A DNA stretch of 63,483 bases, filler included, from Octopus bimaculoides (GCF_001194135.2; 8 parts of 7 records of this genome joined end to end with filler, not necessarily neighbours in it), one strand, 5' to 3'; shown: positions 50,225 through 63,483, counted from the first letter of the whole stretch. The notes: a model not told the origin generated them from the sequence alone. Program-made: numbers and translations.

Positions 50225-50640
50225 GTCTTTTATCTTTTACTTGTTTCAGTCATTAGACTGCAGCTATCATGGGGCACTGTGAAGGATTTCAGTCGAACAA
50301 AACTACCACATATCTTACTGTTTTTAAGTCTGGTACTTATTCCATCCATCTCTTTTGCCGAACCTAAGCTACGGGAACGTAAACAAAACAACGCCCGTTG
50401 TCAAGCGATGGTAGGGTACAGACACAAACATAAAGACATCTCGCACCCCAGCCCAATATATATATGTATATATATATACACATCGGGTTTCTTTCTGTTT
50501 TTGTCTACCAAACCCATTCACAAGTTTTGGGCTGGTCTAGAGCTATAGTAGAAGACATTTGCTCAAGGTGCCATGCAGTGAGACTAAACACGGGACCATG
50601 TGATTGGAAAGCAAGCTCCTTACCACACGCGCTTGTGTGT
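50225..50640 (-). mobile_element. SINE family A, near full length
   Basis: Same architecture as 2810-3225. Confidence 0.85.
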
Positions 50641-50994
50641 GTCTTGCTGTGGTTGCCTCCTAAGAAAATGGGAAATAAGCCTGGGTAGATGATGATAATG
50701 ATATATNNNNNNNNNNNNNNNNNNNNNNNNNNNNNNNNNNNNNNNNNNNNTTAATTAATTAANNNNNNNNNNNNNNNNNNNNNNNNNNNNNNNNNNNNNN
50801 NNNNNNATAGACTCACACACATACATGTACATATATAATCTCATTATATATACATACGAAAATACATATGAACGTGTGTGTTTGTTGTATGTACGTATAG
50901 ACATACACATATACTATAGTCATATCCACTTAAGGACGAAACGCCCTCTCTTTTTCTCTCTCTCTCTCTATATGTATGTATGTATGTATGTATG

Positions 50995-51032
<38 letters not shown>

Positions 51033-51636
51033 TTCCGTGCTATTTATTTTCCTCTCTTTTTCGATGACTATGGGGAATAATTCTAGCTCTTAGGTCTTGG
51101 AATGGCAAATATTTTTAGATAATTCTTGTGGGAATCCATANNNNNNNNNNNNNNNNNNNNNNNNNNNNNNNNNNNNNNNNNNNNNNNNNNNNNNNNNNNN
51201 NNNNNNNNNNNNNNNNNNNNNNNNNNNNNNNNNNNNNNNNNNNNNNNNNNNNNNNNNNNNNNNNNNNNNNNNNNNNNNNNNNNNNNNNNNNNNNNNNNNN
51301 NNNNNNNNNNNNNNNNNNNNNNNNNNNNNNNNNNNNNNNNNNNNNNNNNNNNNNNNNNNNNNNNNNNNNNNNNNNNNNNNNNNNNNNNNNNNNNNNNNNN
51401 NNNNNNNNNNNNNNNNNNNNNNNNNNNNNNNNNNNNNNNNNNNNNNNNNNNNNNNNNNNNNNNNNNNNNNNNNNNNNNNNNNNNNNNNNNNNNNNNNNNN
51501 NNNNNNNNNNNNNNNNNNNNNNNNNNNNNNNNNNNNNNNNNNNNNNNNNNNNNNNNNNNNNNNNNNNNNNNNNNNNNNNNNNNTATATACATATGTATAT
51601 ATGTAAATAAAACTACGCATACACACACGCGTACAT

Positions 51637-51667
<31 letters not shown>

Positions 51668-52445
51668 CACAAACGCACACACATATATGTATGTATATAT
51701 ATATATATATATATATTTATGGGTGGGGTGACAGAAAAGATGATGGGTTGGATTTGGTTACGAGATTCAGGAATGCAAAACACAAAACACAGTGATCGAA
51801 TTCGTTTTTCATCGCTCCGCATTGCTCCCATAATTGTTTGCGGCAACATAGTTTACCGGCTTTTCATGGTGACTAGCGATCTCTGTAGAATGCAATGGCC
51901 AGCTTACTTGTTACTTCAGTTATGTTAGCTCAATGCTATTATGTGTGAGGTTGTGGTAATCAGATATAAATTCTAATGTTACACAGAGAAAATTCACTTG
52001 CTATTTTATTCTCACAGTGTGCCTCTGACCAATTGTCTATACGGCTGCTGGTAGTCACTCTGTCTGTAATTCAAAATATTTTAGTAGAAATTTGTTTGTA
52101 AGTCTTCTCAGAGACAGAATCTTGGGGATTTTGTTTCAGCTTTATATGTTTTTCAAATCATGTTGAATATATAAATTGCATCATTTTGATTCACTTCAAT
52201 ATGACGACGCGCAAAAATAACTGAACTGGGTTCACGGCAAACGCATTCAGAACGAGACATGCGTGGCATTGTCACCGTTTTGAGGTCAAGAGATATAATC
52301 AAGTCCTCCCCCATCCCTATCTTAATATGCTTGGAAATGAAACCTATTAGCATGATCATTGTTGAAATAGAAACTCAAATATTATAGGATTAAAGTGATG
52401 CAATTTAAGTCTTGCCAAGAAATTCAGATAGACGTATGTTTGTGC

Positions 52446-52478
<33 letters not shown>

Positions 52479-52706
52479 CGTCGGTGTCTGTAGCAGTGTT
52501 ATTTATGTTATGTTCTTTTATGCACTGTAAATTAGTGATTCGACTGTGATCGATAAAATAAATACCAGACTGAAATGAGAACGGTAGTCGTAAGATGTTG
52601 CCCTAGTAAGGTGGCAGTCCAGTGACTGAAACCTGTAGAATAAAAGAAAGTTTTCCCTCACACACGCATTTATATATACATACATACATACATACATACA
52701 TACACA

Positions 52707-52744
<38 letters not shown>

Positions 52745-53428
52745 AGTAAAAGAAAAATATTTAACAACATTATTGAAGTTTTAGTTTAAACTAAAATTTT
52801 AGACGTTATACAATTAACTTAACGTTGATTAGAATATCAACTTACAATAAATAACAAATGAATTTATATAAAAATACTTATTTTACCAATAAATAAAAGA
52901 AAAACATCTAACAATATTATCGAAGCTTTAGTTTAAACTAAAATTTAAACGTTATACTATTAACTTAGCGTTAATTAGAATTAAGTCGCGTGAAAATATG
53001 GCGTATAGAAAAGTAATAGAATAAAGAGATATATAAACATGAATGAAAGTTTTATTTATAAAATCATAAATGAAAACTTTATTTATAAAATCAAAATGTA
53101 AATGTATTATAACTTAAATCATAATAAAAAAAATTAACTGTATAATAAACATTTTCTGGAAATTTAAAATCTAAGTAATATTAGAGTCTGAAGAATTAAG
53201 ACTAAAATACATAAATTATATAATATATATCAAAGAAGCTAAAATGCTATAAATAAATAAATTAATTAAAATATTTATATTATTTATTTTATAAAAATCA
53301 TAGTATCATTTAAGTATTAATTTATAATATTCACTAAAAATATTTTCGTACTAATTAATACTCAATTAATAATTACAAATTATAACTACTACAATTAGTA
53401 AAATAGGAATTATATATACTCATATACT

Positions 53429-53460
<32 letters not shown>

Positions 53461-53649
53461 TATATNNNNNNNNNNNNNNNNNNNNNNNNNNNNNNNNNNN
53501 NNNNNNNNNNNNNNNNNNNNNNNNNNNNNNNNNNNNNNNNNNNNNNNNNNNNNNNNNNNNNNNNNNNNNNNNNNNNNNNNNNNNNNNNNNNNNNNNNNNN
53601 NNNNNNNNNNNNNNNNNNNNNNNNNNNNNNNNNNNNNNNNNNNNNNNNN

Positions 53650-55105
53650 ATTTTATTCGAAGTGGATCCTATGTAAAACTTATTTAAATTATAACCATTA
53701 AATTTGTTCCCGTTCGTTAAAATCACTACACATTTATACACCACATCCTTCAAATCACATTTATTATTAAATTTACATTTAGTCTTATCTCTACATGTAC
53801 AATTAATTATATCCTGGTCCTTATTATTATTATTAGAATAAGTATTTAATTTATATTTGTAATACTTATTTAATTTAAATTTATTAAAAGAAGAAATAAT
53901 GTTACCAACATTATTAGTAGTAGAATAACCTACTCCAAAATTATTACTAGAAAAGATATTATTATTTTTTTTTTCTAAGGAATATATCAATTATATTTAA
54001 AATCTCTTTAATAATGTTAATTTTAACTTGAATGCCGTAAGGAATGATTAGCCAAAGTTTGTTCTTATTATAGATATTCTTATATTTATTATTTATATTA
54101 TTAAATTTATTATTATCATTAAATGAATTAAATTTAATCCTGTTATTTTGTCCATTACAATTATCTTTATGTTTTTATTATCATAATACTTAATATTCTT
54201 ACCATAATTACCTAAGTAGACCTTATCATAATTCTTAATGTTATGTTTATTATAAAAAAATAAATGGATCATTAATATTATAATTATATTTCGGATTATT
54301 AAAGAATTGAATATTATTAGTATATCCCGCCTAACGAAGGGCTTCATTGTAATAAGGTGCATGTTTTTCGAAGATCTCTAAATTGGAAGAAAGTAATGAT
54401 ATTCTCTTACCTATAGTATATGTTAACAATTTCTTAATTGAGTGTGGGTGAATACTTTTAGCATTAATATATTTAATATTTTCATTAATTTTAAGGTAAG
54501 GTTGGGTTTTACCTGTTAATAAATTAAAATTAGCATCTAAATAATTTATATTATAGTTCTCATTATATATAGTAATCTTCAATCCATTTCTTTAAAAAAA
54601 TTATATAGTATCTTCTTATATAATTCTAGTGTTCTATTGGTGCAATTCTTAGTAATAAGAAGTCATCCCTATATAAACCACCTCCAATTTTAAGTTTTCC
54701 AGTTGAAGTTCTGAGAATAAATATTTACCTATTTAATCAGTTACCTGTGCTGAATCGGGTGCTCCCATTGGTATATCAAAATAGTCCCTAGTATCTTTCC
54801 TAGCCCACAATTTATTATTATATTTAATCAACGATTTCCTAGCCATTTTAACGACATTAACTTCATCATCAGTCATACCTACCTTCTTCATTGCATAAAT
54901 TAGGGCCTTATTAAGTACAATCTCATTAATAGAAGCAGAATAATTATCAATATCTATTTGAATAAATTTATATCTATTTTTATCTTTAATATTATTAAAC
55001 CATTTTAAAGTATCTATAGTACTATTCCATAATTTAAGGTAATTAATATCATTTAATCTATCGATATATTTATCTAAAATGATCTTACTTAATTTACCTT
55101 GATCT
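53650..55105 (-). pseudogene. Penelope-like element: RT + C-terminal GIY-YIG endonuclease, very AT-rich, decayed
   Basis: FIQIDIDNY...FDIPMGAPDSAQV...GGLYRDD (54662-54673)...YINAKSIHPHSI...APYYNEAL...NCTCRDKTKCKFNNKC...VVYKCVV...FYIGSTSNK. The 5' side is cut by a family A SINE at ~55105-55265. Confidence 0.9.
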
Positions 55106-55740
55106 GACGATGGGCTTCTTTCAGTTTCCGCCACTCAAATCCATTCATAATGCTCTGGTTGGACCGAGGCTATAGTAGAAGACATTTGCCTATTGTGTCA
55201 CGCCGTGGGACTGAACCCAGAATCATGTAATTGGGAAGCAAAATTGTTAGCACAAGCCACGCTTGGACCTTATGTTAAATTTCTTTCAGATGTTCCTAAA
55301 AATAACTGTATTTCCTTCAATAGCCTACACAAATGTAAGACTTGAATGTTGCTATCAACCTCTTGTAATAGGGTTTGAATGTTGCTATCAACTCCTAATC
55401 CATTTGATTCTAGAGTGATGTTGTATTCAGTGATATGAAAGTACAACCATAACATTTTCATATATAAGTTACCAAGGCCAATTGGTTGCCCTAGAGTATT
55501 AGGAAATTCTAAATTTATAGACTTAAATTACCTTTCAGCCTCGAGGGAAGAGATAAATTTTGAATCAATCTCCAAATAAAGATTTCATAATCCAAGCGTA
55601 TTTATTGGATTTTTAATAAACTGGTTGACACGGGAACCCTTTTAGAATGCATAGGTTTTCTAATTATTAGAGCAACATGAATTTCAAGCAACCACCAATA
55701 AGTCTTATACGTATATGTACACACACACACACACACGCAC

Positions 55741-55783
<43 letters not shown>

Positions 55784-55934
55784 TACATACATACATACAT
55801 ACATGCATACATACATATGTACATACATACAATACGGTACACCTGACAGTAATTTGAGACAGAGAAAAGAAACTGTACAGTTGTGGAAACCAGCTGTCCA
55901 GCTGTCCACGAAAAAGAAAATACCTACTCTGCAC

Positions 55935-56215
55935 TATTGAGGAATCTACAGCTACTCTATCCAGATTACAAGTTCAGGGTCGTACCTGCAATCACTGGGG
56001 CACTGGGATATGTAACACACTGCATTAAATACCAATCTTGAGAAATTAGGTTTCTCAAAACCAGAAAGGAGAAAGCTGATTTGAAAACTACAGATCCAAG
56101 CCATCATTAGAACTGTAAAAATCTGTAAAATTTTCCAGAAGTTTATCATTTAAGTATAAATGAGCATGTCTAGACATGCAACTATATGCACGAGAATGCA
56201 TACATAAAACAAAAC
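55935..56215 (+). pseudogene. RLE-LINE 3' end, same family as 49625-50065
   Basis: LRNLQLLYPDYKFRVVPAITGALGYVTHC...ICKIFQKFII*; the same 3' UTR is followed by (TACA)n. Confidence 0.85.
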
Positions 56216-56851
56216 ATACAAATCTGCACACACGCATACATACATACAAAAATACCCTGTTGTTGATGTTGAAGTTCCAATGTAGGAACCTTAGATCTAG
56301 TTTAGAAACGGGCTCTTTCTCTATTGGCATGTATGTGTCTTCCCTTTAATATTGTTCAGCGTGATACAGAATGTGACAAGGTCGGCCCTTTGAATTACAG
56401 GAACAACTCATTTTTTGCCAGCTGGATGGACAGGAGCAACGTGGAATAGAGTATCTTGCTCAAGGACATAATGCACTGCCAAAAATCGAACCCACAGCCT
56501 TACAATCGTGAACCATGAATAACTCTAGAACCATGAATAACTCCTGTAGTATTCTCAGCTGCAAAAGTGTGTGTGTGTGTGTGTGTGTGTGTATACACTT
56601 TATGTACACGAGCACATACATTTATATATGTGTAATACACACACACGCACATATATTTATATATGCGTAATACACACACACATACGTTAATAGTATACAC
56701 ACCCACATTATGTATAAGAGAAAGTGAGAAAACAGGGGGGGAGACAGTAAGAGAATAATAAAGAGAGAGAGAGAGGGATTATTTGGCGGTGTGTGTGGTT
56801 TAAGTTGTGAACAAAGAAATTTTCTAAATATATTTGAAGATNNNNNNNNNN

Positions 56852-56918
<67 letters not shown>

Positions 56919-57218
56919 GTGTTCTTATGTGCGTATGTTCTTATGTGTGTAACATACAATATATGGCTATGTGTGTATATTGTGTTCTTATGCGTGCAAC
57001 ATACAATATATGTGCGTACGCGCGTGCATGTATGTGTATATATACATACATATATGTATATATATATGGATAATATACGTATACATGTACATATATATAC
57101 ATACTTACATATATATGCAATATATATGTATATATGTATATATACATGTAATATACATGTATATATATGTGTGTGCGTGTGTGTATATATATGCATCAAT
57201 ATAAGTATATAAATATGC

Positions 57219-57263
<45 letters not shown>

Positions 57264-57469
57264 ATACATTTTTATATGCACAACGTACATACACACTTAC
57301 ATAAATACATCAACACGCGTGCACTCATTATCGTTGAACAGAATATGAATGGTTTAAAATGCGATTGGCTGACCGACTTTTCTGTTTTGTTTGTTCAACT
57401 TGTGCAAAACTGAAGTGCTTGCTTTGGCCAAAATTCACACTCAAACGTTTCAAATACACACACGTACAT

Positions 57470-57567
57470 AGATTCATACTTGCATACATACATACATACA
57501 TACATACTTACATACATACATACATGCATACATACATACATACATACATACACACATACATACATAC

Positions 57568-57598
<31 letters not shown>

Positions 57599-57652
57599 CA
57601 CACATACATACATACATACATACATACATACATACATACATACATACATACG
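57470..57652. repeat. (TACA)n tetranucleotide tract
   Basis: Direct. Confidence 0.95.
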
Positions 57653-58439
57653 TATGTTGTTGTTGTTGTTGGCACTCCGTCGAGGGTTCTAGTCGATCCG
57701 ATCAACGGAACAGCCTGCTCNNNNNNNNNNNNNNNNNNNNNNNNNNNNNNNNNNNNNNNNNNNNNNNNNNNNNNNNNNNNNNNNNNNNNNNNNNNNNNNN
57801 NNNNNNNNNNNNNNNNNNNNNNNNNNNNNNNNNNNNNNNNNNNNNNNNNNNNNNNNNNNNNNNNNNNNNNNNNNNNNNNNNNNNNNNNNNNNNNNNNNNN
57901 NNNNNNNNNNNNNNNNNNNNNNNNNNNNNNNNNNNNNNNNNNNNNNNNNNNNNNNNNNNNNNNNNNNNNNNNNNNNNNNNNNNNNNNNNNNNNNNNNNNN
58001 NNNNNNNNNNNNNNNNNNNNNNNNNNNNNNNNNNNNNNNNNNNNNNNNNNNNNNNNNNNNNNNNNNNNNNNNNNNNNNNNNNNNNNNNNNNNNNNNNNNN
58101 NNNNNNNNNNNNNNNNNNNNNNNNNNNNNNNNNNNNNNNNNNNNNNNNNNNNNNNNNNNNNNNNNNNNNNNNNNNNNNNNNNNNNNNNNNNNNNNNNNNN
58201 NNNNNNNNNNNNNNNNNNNNNNNNNNNNNNNNNNNNNNNNNNNNNNNNNNNNNNNNNNNNNNNNNNNNNNNNNNNNNNNNNNNNNNNNNNNNNNNNNNNN
58301 NNNNNNNNNNNNNNNNNNNNNNNNNNNNNNNNNNNNNNNNNNNNNNNNNNNNNNNNNNNNNNNNNNNNNNNNNNNNNNNNNNNNNNNNNNNNNNNNNNNN
58401 NNNNNNNNNNNNNNNNNNNNNNNNNNNNNNNNNNNAAAC

Positions 58440-58630
58440 ATAGATATAGATATATATACATATATACGACGGGCTTCTTTCAGTTTCTGTCTACCAAATC
58501 AACTCACAAGGCTTTGGTCGGCCCGAGGCTATAGTAGAAGATGCTTGCCCAAGGTACCACGCAGTGGGACTGAACCCGGAACCATTATGGTTCGTAAGCA
58601 AGCTACTTACCACACAGCCACTCCTATATA
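58440..58630 (-). mobile_element. SINE family A, 5' half
   Basis: gacgggcttctttcagtttctgtctacc...ttaccacacagccactcctat. Confidence 0.85.
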
Positions 58631-59188
58631 TATATATATGCATAACCCACACTTTCTTACTCTCTTTGTCTGTTTATCAATATATCTCTCTATGTGTATG
58701 TTTTTTTGAGACTTATTTGAAGTTTTTTCTTTTGCAGTATTCAGTCACTAAGCAAGTTCTCCCTAGTTCCTACAACCTTATCATAGTTTATCATAGATTT
58801 TTTTCGAACCGTTACGAAATTTTTTACAACTGCTCCAAGAATATACAAATGCCAGTCAATATTTGATAATCTCTTGTAATAAGCTGCTATTAAGTCGATG
58901 TGAACCTCGTGTAAGTTTGCCATTGATGACAAGTTAACAGTCTGCAAGTAGCAGAAGAAAAAAACAGAAAAAGAGGGCGGGGAGAGAAAGAGAGAGACAG
59001 AGAGAGGGAGGAGGGGGAAAGGAAGAGAGCGGAGGAGGAGGAAAGGGAGAGAGAGAGAGAGAGAGANNNNNNNNNNNNNNNNNNNNNNNNNNNNNNNNNN
59101 NNNNNNNNNNTTAATTAATTAANNNNNNNNNNNNNNNNNNNNNNNNNNNNNNNNNNNNNNNNNNNNATGGAAGGACGAGCCCCCACTA

Positions 59189-60200
59189 CTAAAGAACAGG
59201 GTGAGCTGCTACCTGCATACGTTGAAAGGTCACGCCGGCGTTGAGTTCGACGAGGAGGTAGAGAGATGGATCAAGGAAGGAGTCCTTGTCCCGTGGAAAG
59301 AGGAAGTGTTGAGTGGAGTGCTGCCTCTGATGGCGGGAACTGAACGACCATATATCGTGCCACACGGGAGGCGAGGCAACAGACGTTTGCGGTGAGACGT
59401 TACGTGTGTGGAGACAGTCGACCAAGGCAGCGACGATCGTCGGCATATTTGCAGCTCCTTGTGAGTGACAAGCTGTGGCGATACCAGCTGGTGCGCTACA
59501 AGGGCCGNNNNNNNNNNAGTCGACCAAGGCAGCGACGATCGTCGGCATATTTGCAGCTCCTTGTGAGTGACAAGCTGTGGCGATACCAGCTGGTGCGCTA
59601 CAAGGGCCGGACGTACTGTTTAACCAGGCTGGGTTTCGGGCTGAATTCCGCTCCGAAAATTATGGCGATGGTGCTCAAGTCCGTCCTAGGAAAAGAGGAG
59701 AGAATAAGGAAGGCCACCAGTTCCTACATCGACGACATCTTGGTTGACGAAACTGTAGTACCAGCCACCGAGGTAGTGAGACACCTGGAGAGGTTCGGGC
59801 TGATTGCGAAGCCGCCTGAGTCGATGGTGGGGGGAGCTGCGCTGGGGCTGAAGCTACAAAAAAACAGATCGGGCGAGCTGGTGTTCCGGAGAGGAAACGA
59901 GATCTCAGAGCTGAGTTCCAGCGTCAGCAGGAGAGAGTTGTTCTCGGTTTGTGGGAAGTTGATCGGACACTATCCGATCGCTCTATGGTTGCGCATTCCA
60001 AGTAGTTACATCAAGAGACGAGCAGAGGGGGAGAGTTGGAGTGACAACGGTGGCGATGATGCGGGAAATCCTGGAGAGAACGAGAGCGGAAGACCCGGTC
60101 AGAGGAAACTGGTATGTGCCCAAGACGGAGTGCGGGACGGTTTGGTGTGATGCTAGCAGTATAGCGATAGGGGTTGTGTTGGAGATCGAAAGTGCTGAGG
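59189..60200 (+). pseudogene. Reverse transcriptase + start of RNase H (LTR/DIRS/BEL-like retroelement)
   Basis: FDEEVERWIKEGVL...LPLMA...RELND...AYLQL...YCLTRLGFGLNSAPKIM...YIDD (59725-59736)...RRELFSVCGKLIGHYP...VWCDASSIAIGVVLEI; small deletions and frameshifts. Confidence 0.88.
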
Positions 60201-60361
60201 NNNNNNNNNNNNNNNNNNNNNNNNNNNNNNNNNNNNNNNNNNNNTTAATTAATTAANNNNNNNNNNNNNNNNNNNNNNNNNNNNNNNNNNNNNNNNNNNN
60301 CTCTTTTTCCTTCAGGAGTTGTATTTCCTGAACTATCTTTTCTAACATAACTTAATATACT

Positions 60362-60407
<46 letters not shown>

Positions 60408-61139
60408 NNNNNNNNNNNNNNNNNNNNNNNNNNNNNNNNNNNNNNNNNNNNNNNNNNNNNNNNNNNNNNNNNNNNNNNNNNNNNNNNNNNNNNNNNNNNN
60501 NNNNNNNNNNNNNNNNNNNNNNNNNNNNNNNNNNNNNNNNNNNNNNNNNNNNNNGAGCTTCGTGTAATGAAAACCCTTACACTCATCAAATGAGCGTGCC
60601 ATGTATTTTAGCTTAAAAGATTCAAAAGAATCAAATATTGCTGCTGTGGAAGAGTTCCACGTAGAGTATTTCGGGAAAGTAAATAAAAAAAAGGAAAATC
60701 TTACCTATAAGAAAGATAAACTANNNNNNNNNNAGGAATTGTAACTCATAATTCAAGCACGAGGAGTTATTTCCCTTGCATGAGTTTGGCTATCCAGTTG
60801 GAAGACAGAAAATTATTGTTATAAGGGTAAGAATACAAAGNNNNNNNNNNNNNNNNNNNNNNNNNNNNNNNNNNNNNNNNNNNNNNNNNNNNNNNNNNNN
60901 NNNNNNNNNNNNNNNNNNNNNNNNNNGTTGTATGGCTCTTGGAAGGTCATCTCTGAGAAATGGAGAGGAAGGTGGGATTTACTCAAGAACTGTTCTTTCC
61001 TGCCGTTCCGACGCCGAACAAAGGCAATTATTTCGATCAGTGGTTCTCCACTAAAATACCATTAGTAAAAATTCTTTGCCGCTACCTCTTTTTTAATGAC
61101 AAGACAAATTATAGCTTTACCTACAGTTATCTACCTACT

Positions 61140-62290
61140 TTTCAAACATCGCAGGCTTTCCCGTCGAGGACCACAGACTTTGAAGTAAAGATTCTATCTG
61201 GGTTTGAGAGGAAAATGCCCGTCCACAGGAGCCAGCCACACCACTTCTTTTGCCATATAGACAGGCAAGAGAAAAATTAACTGCCCTTCTTNNNNNNNNN
61301 NNNNNNNNNNNNNNNNNNNNNNNNNNNNNNNNNNNNNNNNNNNNNNNNNNNNNNNNNNNNNNNNNNNNNNNNNNNNNNNNNNNNNNNNNNNNNNNNNNNN
61401 NNNNNNNNNNNNNNNNNNNNNNNNNNNNNNNNNNNNNNNNNNNNNNNNNNNNNNNNNNNNNNNNNNGTTTGTAGAGTTTATCTCGAAATGGCAATGCCCT
61501 ACAGGGTCCCGCATTGGAAAGTCCTCTGGAACGAACAAGCCAGTGATCCTCATTGGAGCCCAGAGTCTTGCCCAGAGTGTCGTTGCTCTTGTTCGCCTCT
61601 ATAGAACGCCAAAGTGAAACTTCCACCAANNNNNNNNNNCGACTGACAGAGAGCTGTGAGCTGCCTGATGGCTCTCTGGGTACCAGGCGCTCTGTCTCGG
61701 TCTACGCTTGATCCAGAACTGTAGCAGAGTCAGAGACGAGATGCAAAAAAAAGCGAGTCTGACAAACAGACTCGCTTCATCTTCTCACAATGAAGGAAAC
61801 CCTGGAGAGGTCGCAGCCATTACGCACGCCAGCTCATCATCAGCCACATCCTGCACAGTTCTGCGCTCAGTGGGTATTGACAAAAAATAGAGTACCTGCA
61901 TGTGCAACGTGTCCCTTCTACAGAAAGCGAAGGAGTTAGCGCTCCACTCTGGTCAGACGAGAACTGGAGCAAGGTATGACGGTCAAGTGATAATGCAGGA
62001 CGGAGTTGATATATGCGTTCGCCACCTGTGCTGTCTTTTCGTGGATAAATTTCTCTCGATCCGTTCGTTGATGAAAGTGCCTCTTCTCTTTGTCACCCCG
62101 AGCAATTTAACCGGTCCGTTTGTCCAGAGTTCAACGACGCTATTGGATAATATGGAACTGCCTCTTCAGGTGCGAGCTGCAGATCCGCTGACCTTTACTG
62201 GGTGATTTCTGCTCCTGTCACCGTCTTGTATTTCCGTAGGGATGTATAATAATGTACAAAAAGCACCAATCCAGACCACCACAGACAAAC
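61140..62290 (-). pseudogene. Tx1/L1-type LINE ORF2 (post-YADD RT, thumb and C-terminus), decayed
   Basis: Stitched frames: KYKTVTGAEI...SNSVVELWTNGPVKLLGV...AQVANAYINSVLHYHLTVIPC...LLRFL*KG...CQYPL...CRALPFRDKLYK...EGQLIFLLPVYMAKEVVW. Confidence 0.75.
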
Positions 62291-62624
62291 ATATGAATGA
62301 GAAGGAAGGCGAAACAAATCTAAAACNNNNNNNNNNNNNNNNNNNNNNNNNNNNNNNNNNNNNNNNNNNNTTAATTAATTAANNNNNNNNNNNNNNNNNN
62401 NNNNNNNNNNNNNNNNNNNNNNNNNNTATATATACACACATGCATAAATATATTATATATAATATATATATATTTGATATATATAATATAAAATATTTAT
62501 ATACATATATATATATATTATATATTATATACATATATATACATATATATATTATATATAATAAATATATATTCATACATACATATATATCTATATACAC
62601 ATAAAATATATATATATATTCTTT

Positions 62625-62935
62625 TATTCTTTTACTTCTTTCTGTCATTTGACTGCAGCCATGCTGGAGCAACACCTTTACTGGAACAAATCAATCCCAG
62701 GACATATTCTTTGTAAGCTTAGTAATTATCCTATCGGTCTGTTTTGCTGAAACACTAAGATATGGGGATGTAAACTTACCAGCATCGATTGTCAGGCATA
62801 TACATGTATATATGTATGATGGGTTTCTTTCAGTTTCCATCTATCAAATCCACTCACAAGGCTTTGGGACTGAACCCAAAACCATGTTGTTGGGAAGCAA
62901 GCCTCTTACCACACAGTCACGCCTGTGCCTATATG
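62625..62935 (-). mobile_element. SINE family A
   Basis: Same head and tail with an internal deletion. Confidence 0.85.
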
Positions 62936-62965
62936 CATATGTATATATATATAATATATATTAGC

Positions 62966-63007
<42 letters not shown>

Positions 63008-63026
63008 NNNNNNNNNNNNNNNTAAG

Positions 63027-63070
<44 letters not shown>

Positions 63071-63483
63071 CTTAGATCTTAGAAGAACAGAATGATGTAA
63101 GTAGGGCAAGAACACACACAAAAACAAAATGTATCACTGAACAGGGGTCACAGAATGGAGACAAAAAATTTCTGGACAATAGACATAAGTCAAAATAACA
63201 AAATAAGAATAGTAGTAAATGAGTGATGAAAAAAAATATATAGTGTGTGTGCTTATTTGGTAAACGCAAAAAAATGACCATCCCGAAATACAACATATTC
63301 ATATTATATATGATATATATATATATAACCATAGATATATTGTACATGATATATATATAAACATATATATATTGTACATGATATATATATAAACATATAT
63401 ATATATTGTACATGGTATATATAGTATATATGATATACATATACATATATATATATATATTATATGATATATATATATATATA

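Noticed and set aside
53186-53210. CTGAAGA hammerhead-core match (also CTGATGA at ~15902 and several others)
   Set aside because: No properly spaced helix II, GAAA and helix III.
59410-59610. Apparent internal duplication in the RT ORF
   Set aside because: Exact duplicate flanking a 10-N gap; unmerged contig overlap.

Overview
Repeat-saturated, gappy eukaryotic scaffold with no host protein-coding gene that I can support. The tRNA-headed SINE families, dense di/tri/tetranucleotide microsatellites and LINE types suggest a coleoid cephalopod, probably Octopus (inference). Seven artificial 100-bp joins (44 N + TTAATTAATTAA + 44 N) split the window into eight pieces whose adjacency is unproven. 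Almost all ORFs in the supplied track are microsatellite or N-gap artefacts. Decayed mobile elements recognisable by translation: R4/Dong-type and CRE-like RLE LINEs, RTE, Tx1/L1, mariner DD34D, a DD41D Tc1/mariner, a Penelope-like element (RT + C-terminal GIY-YIG) and an RT-RNase H fragment of uncertain lineage. There are also MITEs and a Helentron-type non-autonomous element. The most interesting signals are RNA-level. These are one canonical minimal type I hammerhead ribozyme (18252-18299), two unrelated degenerate hammerheads, and a 62-bp three-way-junction tandem repeat. A recurrent pairing of a ~530-bp non-coding element with Dong-type LINE 3' ends at (AAT)n tracts is also notable. I see no convincing wholly new multi-gene system. 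Repeat boundaries are approximate unless motif coordinates are given.
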